64,000 nt of DNA, taken from positions 3,534,001-3,598,000 of the forward strand of contig OZ176051.1 of NCBI GenBank assembly GCA_964247055.1, given 5' to 3'. Positions 52,351-64,000 of the stretch are shown here, in pieces. Every line of letters starts with the position of its first letter. Within the stretch, counting starts at the first letter, position 1. A program made the position numbers and the translations under genes. Origin of the DNA: Paragordius varius. Its lineage: Eukaryota > Animalia > Nematomorpha. Below the pieces are notes generated by a model that worked only from the letters and a program-made list of their open reading frames with translations, was not told the origin of the DNA and searched no databases.

Positions 52351-55300
52351 TCAAAATTGTCGCATGCCTCCTCCCCGTTTCACTCCACTTCCGCCCATCA
52401 TTATGCTTTTATTTTGGCCTCCATACATATCTCCTCCATCCATCATTCCGCTACCATTCAAACCACCTAATAACAATAATCAATATTTGCATGTAAAGAT
52501 GTTTGGAAACATATAAGCCATAAAAATTGCTGTTATACAATAATGTGCACACTTAATCACATTTTGTTGCACAAAAAGCTACATGTACTATGACATTAAG
52601 ATAACTGTATAACCCGTAACAAATGGTGTAATAAAATGGAAGATGATTTTATGAACAATAAAACGTACATAAAACACTTATTTATTACAAAATGTAAAGG
52701 GTAACATATATTAAAAATGCAAAAAATCATACCCATAGGATGCATGTATTCACCATACCTAAATTAATATAATATTTTAAGTCTGTAAATATTACAACAC
52801 ATTTTTAACAAATTATTATTTTTTGCATTAAATCCATTATTGTTATAATATGTAAAAAATTACGGATTGTTTGACATCATTTGGGGTTTAGGCATTCCAA
52901 AACTTCCAGGTGTACTAGCTCCAAAAGAATTCATTCCACCTATTCATTGATTAAAATGAGTATATGCTTATAATAATAAATAAATCGTATATTTCAATAC
53001 CTGTCATGCCAGGTGCTGGAGTATTGTACATACCACCATTATTGAATGACTAAAATATAAAGTATAAATTTAATAAAGGCAAAAATAATGAAGTTTTCCC
53101 GAAATTTTTTACAAAAGCGGCAATGTTAGAAAATTTAATTAATCATCTAAATTTTTTTCAATTCTGTTCATTATAATATAGTGAAGAAAAAGTAAATTAA
53201 ACTATTCTTTATTTTAAAAGGTAAATATTGAGCTGAGCGCGTTTTATTGATAAGGTTAATTAAATTAAGGTAAATAGATGAGGGTGAAACTGTTGCTTAT
53301 CCAAAATAACTATAAACGAAATCAGTAGTAATGTCACCTAAATAGTTAGGCATATCTAATTATTACAACCAATAAACAGTTTTTAGGATTTTATTTTAAA
53401 GCAAAAGTTTTTAAACGTTCTTGACCGGTCAAAAGATGTTAACCGCTCTGATCTAAATTCGTCAAAAAATATTTTATTAATAAATTAAATTTAATATCAA
53501 TAATTAAAAAATGATTTTTCCTACATTGTTAAAATCGTCAGAGACTAGACCGCCCACAACGCTTTGGGGGTAAGCCGTAGAAGCGGCCCCATAATTGTGA
53601 TTAGGAGTCATGAAATTACCAGTAGGGGGAGCGACTACTGGGCTATTAAACCTATTAGCGCCGCCCATAGGACCAGCTCCTCCACCCATTTTAAAATTTG
53701 GTGTGTTGGATGCGGATGATGCACCTCGCCTAAATATTAATTTGATAAATTTTTAAATTACTTGTTTGAAAAAAAAGGATAATTGATGTATAAAAGTAGT
53801 TAGGTATGAGATTATAGGTTAGGTTTTACTCTATATCTCTTTTTTTGAAGGAATTTACATTAATTTCTAAAATGTTTGTTTTTCAGGAAAAAATATATTT
53901 TTAATTACAATGTTATTGCTTGGGTTTATTCATTATATTTTTATTTTTTTCTAAATTTTTATTTAGTGTTTAAAAAAAGTTTAGGTCGGGTGCATCACAA
54001 TTTTAATAATTCTTTTATGTCATTGTATCTTGTGTGCCATTTTAGATTATCATTGTTTTGTTATTTCATTTTCATTTGATTACCTAAAAATGAGGTGTAA
54101 AATTTTAAATATTTATGGTTGTTTATGGAAATTTAATTTTAAAAATTAAGTTACCTTTGGGAAATATTGTCCAGTTTTGTTCATTTTTAAACATTTTGAA
54201 TAATTTTATAGAGGCTATGTAGACATACAGGTTTGTTATAAAAACATTTACCTACATGCTAAAATGCAATTAATTAATTTTATAAATTAATTCTAAAAGA
54301 ATATAAATATGTTAAATATTAATTTTGAAAAATTGACATAGTAAAAATTTCGAACAATCGATGGAATATTGAAGAGGTGGAGAAAATATATTATCATTTT
54401 AACCACGAGTGGTAGCAGAGCGCCATACAAAAAATGTATATAAAATAACTGAATTATGATTTTTTGGGGTTTTGATACAATTTATGAATAGAGCAAAGTA
54501 AGAATATCAATTTCAGAAAAACGGCAAACTTTATATAAACCGGAAGAATAGGATCGAAAAAACTATTGCATTTGATCCAATGCAATCCAAAATGAAAATA
54601 TTGTTATTGAGTAAACACCAACAGAGAAAAAAAGTTTTGGTCGACAAAAAAAACAAGATTTCAAAACCAAACAAAACAATGATGAGCCAAATAAAGGTAA
54701 AACATATTACATTCTTTTTCCAGGTCCTCCTTTCATAGGTCCCCCACCTCCGGACCAACGGGAATTGGCACCACCACCCCGATTTCCTTTAAATCCCATT
54801 GGAGTTCCGCCTTGTTGCATCATATTGAGTTCTTCAAATTGAGCATTTCTCAACTCGTCATCGTCTTGCTATAAAATTATACATCAATTATAAAATAGGG
54901 TGAAAAAGAACATAACCAATTAATTTTAACTTACCGCATAGAGAAAAGGTTTAACGGCAAAAAGGGCCATTGCGAGTCTTCGGTGAGCCTCGGCTGGAGG
55001 GGCAAATGCTTCGATATAAACATGGAGATCGTGTTTAAAGTGATCATATTTTGGATCACCGCTAGCAACTAACTTTTCCTCCTAAAATAACATGTCAAAT
55101 AAATTCGGCGCATTGAAACTAAAAAATTTTAACGTTTCTTTTTTATCTTATTTATGTAGTCAAATTTCTGGAGTGTTAAGGTAAATAATACTCAACACGT
55201 GGCAAAATTGACAAAAATAAATAATTACATACCTCTTGTTGCCTAACTGATCCTTTTCCTAAAATTGATATTCGGCAGCCAGTTTGTTCTTGCAGTCGTT

Positions 55301-55604
55301 TAAGGGTATTTCCTTTGGGTCCTAAAAGTTTTCCAACAAAATTATACTTTACAATTAAAAAGGAAAAAAACTTTTGGGAATTCTTTTACTGGTATGGCTA
55401 CTCGTTCACGCAGCTTTATCGATTTATCTTTGAACAGGTCTAAAAAATGAACCTCTTCTTCAGGTCTACCATGTAAAACATGATCAATTTCTTAAAAATT
55501 ATATTAAATAAACCTCTGTCTATTAATGCTATTGTTTTAGGTAAATCTCTGGAAACATTAGATTTTTCTTCTTTTAATTCACGGAAGTAATCGGTTTCAG
55601 CCAT
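52351..55604 (-). CDS. KHDRBS: KH-domain STAR-family RNA-binding protein, KHDRBS/Sam68-like, multi-exon
   Basis: [14 protein letters not shown] (QUA1-like), [74 protein letters not shown]; Gly/Met-rich tail ending KRGGGMRQF* at 52351. Some tail exons are uncertain. Confidence 0.88.
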
Positions 55605-55868
55605 GTTGGTTTGGGTGCAATTGAACTAACAATTGAATGAAATGTGTTAATTCACTGATAGGCGCTTATATTTTAAGATTATTATAAAAACTTAGGGAAG
55701 GTTGTGTTTTAGTCTTTTACCAAAGTGTCCAGCAATAAATTTTGAAATCTTTTTGAAAAAGGTATTCATATAAAATTTGGATTTAAAAATTAATCGTCAA
55801 AACGATATGATATTATATATAACTAATCAAACAACAATCAATGGCAATTAAATAATATCGAATATAAC

Positions 55869-58168
55869 TAAGGTGACCAGAATTTTGAAGGAAAAGGCGG
55901 GACAAATCTGAAGGGGGGGGGGGGGGTTCGACCCAAAAAATTTTATACAAAAAATTTATTGTAATATTTATTTATTAACACAAATAGATTATAAATATAA
56001 AAAAATATTTTGTTCTTTGGTGTATATTTTTTATTTAAATGAATGCTTTTTAGCAGATTGTCATCATTTTTAAAATATTGTATAAGTCTACACAAGAATT
56101 TGTCAAATTATATTTGACAGATAAAATGGCGTTCAAAGTTTTAACATTAAAATTTGATTTTTCCGATGTCCACACCTGATTTACTGTGGAAATAAAGCGC
56201 TCAGTAGCAGCGTCCAGGTAAAGATAGTACAAATACAATTTTAAAATATTATTGTATGGAACATAGTTTGTTTCAAAATAATGTAATATTTCTAACCAGT
56301 TTTTTCTACTGTATTTTTTTTTGTTGTCCATAAAGGTTTTCACTATTAATATATTTTTTAATTAATGATACTTCGGGATACTTTTTGGGACTTTTTGGGA
56401 GATGCAGATGTAATCAAATGATTTTTCAACATCAACCAATTAAATTCTGGTTTTAATGCTATCTAATGAAAATGATTAATTTCATTGAATTGTACAGTAG
56501 TCTTCCAAATAATCTTTACAGTTTGTATAATATATATTTATATGGTACAGGGTATCTTGACGATAATTTTTTATAATATTGCGGATAGTTAATGGTATAA
56601 AATTATATTCTACCTTTCTTGAAATTGAAATTTTTAATTAATACCTTCATTGCTACTTCGATTGCCGAAATTTTGTCACTTTCTATCAATTTAATAACAT
56701 TTTGAAAAAGAGAGATTATGTAGAAACTCTAACCATTATGAAGAATCACTTTCAAAAAAGTTTTCCAGGGTTGTAGGACATTTGTCCTGTGATAAAAAAA
56801 GGATTTTAAATAATCATCATTTAAAATTCTTTCGATATCTGGCAGAAGAGCTAACCAACGAGTTTTACAATATCCCAGCATTTTTTGATATTGAACCTCT
56901 ACATTTTCACACTTAAGCGTTTCAACGCGTACCGTGTATATATATAAAAAGGGAATATATTATAACAACTACATTTTCCACATCTAAGGGTAACAAATCA
57001 GCAGTTGTTTGAATATATTTTATGCGCTGCACATCCAACGCCAATAGTGTTTCGATTAAGATTATCTGCTAATTTATGATAAATATTTTTGTTTCCCTCC
57101 TTGCTTTTCCTCCGAAGTTCGTATTAGTGTTGTCAGCTCAATATGCGATGATTTTGTCTTTTAAATTATTATTTTTTAGAATATTCATTATTGAAGTAAA
57201 TATGTCGTTTTCACCGGGTAGAGAAATAAAATCTAAAATGTTAATTTTTACTCCGGTTTCTGGATCAAAATTATTAAAGTGTGAAATAATCTAGTTTCCT
57301 TGTGAAATGCATCAGAGTATAGCAAAATTAATTTTTAGCAAATCTTTTTGTATTTCAGAAAATGCATATGGCGAATGGACATGGCATACAATAGATTCAG
57401 CCACGGACACATGTAATTTTTTATTGAATATACGAATAAACAGTGAGGTACAATCCATAGACCTAAATGAATGATTTTATTAACGGCGTGAAAAGATAAA
57501 ACGCTCTCGGCTAATGCCAAATTCTTTTCTTCCTCTCCAAAAGGGGTCTTTCAGTGAAAATCGCTCATTTTGTAAGATGATGCCGCCATATCTTAACATT
57601 TATTATGTTTTTGTGTTTTATGCTTTGTAATATCATGCTTGCCGCCATATGCTAGAGTGAATTCCCCCTATAAAGAACATTTAACAAAGGATTTATTCTT
57701 GGTTTTTTTGTAAAAGGAAATTCTTTCATTAATTCATCGTTGAATTTACAACCTCTTGTACACATATTTTTAAACTAATATTAGGATAAAAAATATTATA
57801 CTTCAATTTTATAAGTAAACGTATAAGCTACCGTTTGTGGTATTAATTTGTCTTTTTGATAATGTTGGCAGTAGGAGTAGGAAGCAAAGTGTATAATCAT
57901 ATGATATAAATTCGAAAAAAATAATTATTTTTTATTTAAAAATAAAAAATGTTAATTTGAAATTGATATATATATTTTAAAGATAACTAATGATAAAATA
58001 TTTAAACGGATAAAAAAATAATTTTTTTATTAAAAATTTAAATGTATTAAAAAAAATTTTTTTTATATAACCGTGAAAAAGCGGGACATTTCAAAAACGT
58101 AGCCGGACGCGGGACAAAGTGTCAAAAAGCGGGACTGTTCCGCCAAAAGCGGGAGTCTGGTCACCTTA
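55869..58168 (-). mobile_element. hAT (Blackjack-like) element, intact ends, decayed transposase
   Basis: Perfect 13-bp TIR TAAGGTGACCAGA and exact 8-bp TSD AATATAAC; AATERFISTVNQVWTSEK motif in ORF 56050-56343; same family as 47903-50961. Confidence 0.93.
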
Positions 58169-58800
58169 AATATAACCTTGAGCTTTGAAATTTTCGGAAC
58201 TCTTGAAAAAACAAATTATCACTTCATAACCTCTTAATGTAGTTTAATATCACAGGGATTGGAATTTGTATACCCTAAAAAGTATTAAAGGCATTAGGCC
58301 AAATACATAAATATGATTTAGGTTTTAAGGGGCATAAATTCTCTTTTTAAAAATCTAAATTTGTAAAAAATTATCATCTCAAATTTTTTCGCCGCCATTC
58401 TTTTTCGTATTTTTTTAATCGCTAATACAATCCGTAAATTAAGATGTATTGCGGTTAAAAAACAAAAATATCAAACTTTAGTAAGCTTTACGGTTACATT
58501 TTACTAGCTAAAACCTGATATTTAATATTTTAAAATCAACATTATAGTTTTTAATCCTGTTTTGGAACTGTTCGATATTTAGACTCTGGAATGAACTGTG
58601 TAAAATATAATTTATACAGGAGAACATGTTTCAATATATTTTAACTAAAATAACTTTTAAAACAGTAGGTTTTTTACAAGATCGGGATAAAATTTCATGA
58701 AGTGTTAGAGCGCATTATATAAAAAAAATTGTAAAAAATTCCCCATATAATGCCTCCTTTTAGGTTTTTGAATCCGAACATAAATTTTTTTATCTGTTAA

Positions 58801-61251
58801 CACTTGGATACAACATATTCATTTTAGTCCTTCGACTCAAATTGGGGTAAAATACCCCAGGCCTGTTTAAAATTAAATTCATTAGAAAATATGAAAGGAT
58901 TCAAAATCATGGAAAAATTCACTTATATAACATTAATAAACCGAAATATATAAAAAAATCTTTTCAAAAATACTTGATATTACTTATTTTCAGCTAAAAC
59001 CGAAAGGTTAAAATTTAGTCAATTAAAAAATAATACAAAATAACCCGCCTTTCTATTTCTATCAATGTTAAATGTAATTTAAATAAAAAAACGCTTAAAT
59101 TCTACCCTTAAAATTAAATGAGGACGATATTTTGCAAAGATTTTGTAAAATAAAAATGGCGTCGAAGTAATTCGACATGCTTCGACATGGAACTTTTTTT
59201 TCTAAACAAAATTTTATTTAGATATTTGGGCATATTTATATTTTTATTAGAGAGGCATAAATTTAAATTGGAACTGTTTCCTTTTATAGTTTTTAAATTT
59301 AATCTCGGGTATTTAGATACCCGAAATTGAATCGAAGTGTTGAAAACTTGGATACACATTCATTTCGATCCTTCTATTCAAGGGTCTTTCTTATACCCCA
59401 GGCTTTTAAAATCAAAGATTTTTTAAAATATGAAACAAATTAAAACAATTGCAATATATTGCTTTTATATAACCTTGATGCACGAAAATATAAAAAAGAT
59501 TTATTTAACACTAGGATCCAATATTCATTTCCGTCCTTTGATTCAAATTGAGATAGTTAGGTATCCCATACTTGTTTAAAATTAAATATTTCAAAAAATA
59601 AGAAATTATTTGAAACCATAGCAAAAGTTTACACTTATATAACATTAATGAACCGAATTATAAAAATTAAAATAATCGATATTAATCATTCAGGGGTGAA
59701 AGCCAAAGGTAAATTTTTCAACCTATATTTTTGCATAAGATAAATATAATATAATGTAAAATTACCACATTTTATGTTTATATTAATGTTAATGTGATTT
59801 TAATAAAAAAAGTAAACTTAATTTTAGGCCTAGAATCAAAAAATACGACATGATATTTGCTAAAATGTTGCAATATAAAAATGGCCACCATGTTATTTGA
59901 TACGAAACATTTTTTTAAACTAAAATCTATTAATATATTTTGGCTTATTTATGATAATTTTTTTTAGATAGAATCATAAATTTGAATTAAAAAACCGTTT
60001 ATTTCAGTAGTTTTTAAAATTATCAACTTAAATATTGTCTAGGGTTTTTAGCCCGAATTTGAATCGAAGTCAAAAAAACTTGATGTTATTTACTTTGTGG
60101 ATAACCTCAGGGTAAAAATTTAGTCAACAATATATGTGTGCACTAGCTAAATATGAAAATAATGCAAAACCACTTCTTTTCATATGGATGTTAGATGTTA
60201 TTTAGATAAATAATTATTGATTTTATAATCAAATAAACATTATTTTGCCAAAATGTTGTAAAATAATAATGGCGTCGAAGTACTCTATGGAACTTTTTAT
60301 TATAATAGAATCATAAATTTAAATTGGAGCCGTTTCTTTAGGTAGTTTCTTAACACTTCTCGATTCCAATTGGGTAATCTAAACGGTAGTTTAAAAACCA
60401 AAAGAAACGATCCCAAACTTGTTTCTATCCTAATAAAAATTATATAAACCGAGCCTAAATAAAGTTTATTAAAAAAAGTTGTACATCAAACTAATTCGAC
60501 GCCCTTATACAACATTTTTGCGAAAATCGTGTTTATTTAATTTGAAAGGTGAAATTAAAGATAATTTTTTATTTAAATATCATCTTACATTAATAGAGAG
60601 AGAATAAATGGCTTATTTTGTATTATTTTGAATTTAGCTAATGCATACATACCATGTTGACAAAATCTTTACCTTTGAGTTTTTACCTTAACACCTGGAT
60701 ACAACACATCCATTTCAGTCCTTCGATTCAAATTGAGGTAGGATACCCCATGTTTAAAATTAAATCATTCAAAAAATATGGAATAGATTGAAACCATTGC
60801 AAAAATTTCACTTTTATAACATAAATGAGTTAAAATATATAAAAAATTTCATTCAAAAATACTTGATATTACTTATTTTTAGGTGAAACCTCAAGGTAAA
60901 AATTCAGTCAACATGACATGTTTGCACAAGTTAAATTAAAAAATAAAACAAAATAAACCACTTTTTCGGTTTCTATCAATGTTAGATGTAATTTAAATGA
61001 AAATTTAGCATTTATCATAAAAATAATATAAACACCCTATTTTGCAAAAATGTTAAAAAATAAAAATGGCGTCAAAGTAGTTTGATATAGTACTCATTCA
61101 AAACTAAATTTTATATAGATATTTCGGTTTATATATATATTTTTTATTAGGATAGGAGCATAAATTTAAATTGGGACCGTTTATTACAGTAGTTTTTTAA
61201 AAATTTAATTTAAATATAGTCTATTTAGATACCCCAAATTGAATTGAAGTG
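58801..61251 (+). mobile_element. Cluster of piggyBac-like MITE copies (tandem and nested)
   Basis: Copies at 58801-59339, ~59344-60350 (interrupted), 59509-~60068 and 60692-61251, with ttaa|cac starts and gaatcgaagtg-type ends. Confidence 0.75.
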
Positions 61252-61631
61252 TGAAAATAAGTAATATCAAATATTTTTAAATGAATGATCTTAAAAAACA
61301 CAATATTTATATTATGAATTTGGATTGTTCAAAGGTGAATTTATAATTGTTCAAGGGTAAATTTGAATTGTTCAAGGGTGAATTTGAATTGTTTAAGGGT
61401 GAATTTGAACTGTAAATGGTATATAAGCAATCATTAATATACATACTGTATATTTTATAATATAGTATATTAATATATTTATTTATCCATATTCTGTATA
61501 CAAAGTAATTGGTAAATAATCATCACAATTTAGCATTTAATAAGAAGCTATTATATTTATGTTTACCACTATGGATTTGGTATGTTAGTACGCACCATTT
61601 CAAACACGCATGATGGCCATTGGCCATTAAA

Positions 61632-62994
61632 TTATCTAGGAACACATGTTACGGCATTCGAATTGACAGGATCCACAAATACTCCAAAACACTGATTGAA
61701 ACAATTGTAAGTACGGCACTCAACTAATGTTGTTGGGGGGAAGCATTTGACTCTCATTTCACATGGTGTGCAATTGGGAGACATAGTATTAGGCAAAATG
61801 CAAAATAAAATGCCTCTGTCTCTGACTACGACTTCTGGCATAAACATTGTTGTCGACGAAACGGATGGGGATGTTTGGATAGATGTTGGAGTTGTTAGTA
61901 CAGTGGCCGGTGTTGTCGCATTTGTTATTGGTACTGTTCTTTCATCTTAAAATGTGTGTTTTGATATATTACAATATAGTCGGACATAAAATTTTAAGGT
62001 GGAATCCCAATATAACTCAGAATCTGAAACCATTTTATAATAGTATAACGTATATTAAAAATATAATATTAGCCAAATATATAAAAGCTAACTTCTTATC
62101 TCACAAATTTTAATATATAAATCCCAGATGTCATTCTCAAATGGCTTGAAAATATTATATATATCCCATTCACCTCAAATCACCCTTAAACACTTCAAAA
62201 TCATTCTGCAACGGATCTTTTGAAAATTTCACCCTTAAACCCATCGAATTTACCTTCAACATTTCAAATCGACCCTAAAAAATGTGTTTTTTTGGCTAAT
62301 AGGACATTATTGATATTAAAATATCAAATAATATTGGTAATTTTGATCTTAACAATATATTTTTAAAGCAAATTCGAAATGTTTAATTATGAATTTAAAA
62401 TATGCAAGGGTGAATTTGTTTGAATGGTATATTATCTTTCTTTGCGCTCAGATCGGGTATAAATTAAGTACAAATGTTGTTAAAGAATGTAATTATTATA
62501 AATACGTACATTTAGGGCAACAACATCCATATTCATCCACTTTTGTATGCGCTCGAATATCACAAAAATAATCTGTAGGGCAGATAATACCCCCTTGGAC
62601 ACCACAAACTGCATTGGGAATGGCAGAAGCTTCTTTACACAATCTGCATACTATTAAATTGTATAGATCTAAATGTCAGTTTTTATATAATACAATTATT
62701 ATTAAAGTGCCTCTTTAATCAATATTTATGATCATAATATATTTGAAAATTAACACAATATAAAGCTATATTATATTGGAAGTCGTAATATGTTCTATTC
62801 AGGTAACATATAAATATAATTTGACTTTGAGAGAATCAAAATTTACCAAAAGGCCTGCATTTTTTATTTTCCTCGCAACACTTGTACCATATTTTAGTTA
62901 ATAGTAGAATTCGGTAGCTCGTACTGAAGTGACGATGCTCATAGAAACATTTTCTTGCATTCACCTCTCTTTTATTTTGGCTATTATATCCCAT
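61632..62994 (-). CDS. Small Cys-rich protein with a Thr-rich linker; 5' end uncertain
   Basis: Three phase-compatible GT-AG exons (~62994-62830, ~62668-62510, ~61947-61632): NKREVNARKCFY...WYKCCEENKKCRPF/DLYNLIVCRLC...CGVQGGIICPTDYFCD...GCCCPK/YERTVPITNATTPATVLTTPTS...CTPCEMRVKC...CRTYNCFNQCF...TCVPR*. Confidence 0.65.
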
Positions 62995-63229
62995 TTTATG
63001 TTTTAGTATGATATCTTGGCTTTAAACAGTATAATATCAATGGTGTTTGCTTTTGACAATTCGAAAAATATCATTTTATTCCATCAATTTAAAATTTGCT
63101 TTAAGGTAGATTATCGCACTTAACTCCTGTAATTTTTTTCAGTTTTGATACAAAACGACAAATCTTATAATGGAACTTTTTTACTATAGGCTCATTGTGT
63201 CTTGACATAAGCTTATCTTGTTTTTTGGT

Positions 63230-64000
63230 AAAAAACACTTAAGAAGCACAATCAATTATTTTAAACGGCTTCTTTACATATTGCTCACCCCTCAAGTTAT
63301 ATATGAACATGCCGTAAAAACTGATTGTCTTTTGGGGAAACCATTTGTTAAGCCATTTTCCAATGTCTTCGAAATTAGTGAAGTGCTGCTTTGGGAGAGT
63401 GTGTCCCATCGATGCGAAGAGTTAATAGTCAAATGGTTCCAGGTAAGGTGACGGATGCGGTAGAATTTCCCATCGTGATTTTAGGGTGTTTATCGTTGGT
63501 TTAGCTATGTGAAAGGGAACATTGTCGTAACAAACTACCATCATGTCTTCTGACCCATTCTGTCGTTTTACGATCATTGTAAGGTTTTAAGTAATCCTCT
63601 GTTGGCGATGGCATTAAGTAACGGTATGACTGGGGTTCAGAAGTTTATAATACACAATACAGCACGGGATGATGTTCTTTCCGAAGCTATTAGTTGGTGT
63701 AGATGGACCGGCTTGGCAAGGTAAAAGCTACGATTTTTTTCGCTTTGAATTTAAAAATAAAGACACTTCTCATCACCGGTCATAATTCCATGATCAAAAA
63801 TTTTATTTCGCAATGTTAAAGCAAGATTTCACACACTTGTTCGATATGTCGTTCATTTAAATTGTATGGAAACCATTTACCGAGCCCATCGGTCTTTTCC
63901 ACTTGTTGGGGTGTATCCATTGTGTTTTGTTAAACATGTAATGCCTCTGCCAATTGCCGTTGAGTTTGAAGGTTATCATCCAATGACTGGTGCATTTTAT
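63230..64000 (-). mobile_element. Decayed mariner transposase (Mos1/mauritiana-like), runs off the window
   Basis: QTQRQLAEAL, GKWFPYNLNER, IMTGDEKC, DNVPFH, EILPHPSPYLEPFDY*LFASMGHTL, with stops and frameshifts. Confidence 0.9.

Overview
AT-rich invertebrate animal genomic DNA with short GT-AG introns. Troponin I implies a bilaterian; the species cannot be determined from the window. Host genes: a complete 10-exon troponin I (19518-21803, +) plus an apparently identical 3' half (124-938, +) from a direct duplication at offset 20,865; a multi-exon SEC16 (31276-~45723, -); a KHDRBS/Sam68-type STAR protein (52351-55604, -); and a small Cys-rich, Thr-rich protein (61632-~62994, -). Most of the rest is transposon-derived: two RTE LINE remnants, non-autonomous Helitrons (one carrying a 5 x ~475 bp array), several hAT elements, TTAA- and TA-flanked MITEs, a Chapaev3-like fragment and a decayed Mos1-like mariner. 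I found no rRNA, tRNA, CRISPR array or clearly novel multi-gene system. The most interesting signals are structural: a duplication junction inside a LINE, two different hAT families at the same nucleotide of a host MITE, Helitron-seeded higher-order repeats, and a foldback element filling a SEC16 intron. All alignments and translations were done by eye; element family names are from recalled motifs, not database searches.
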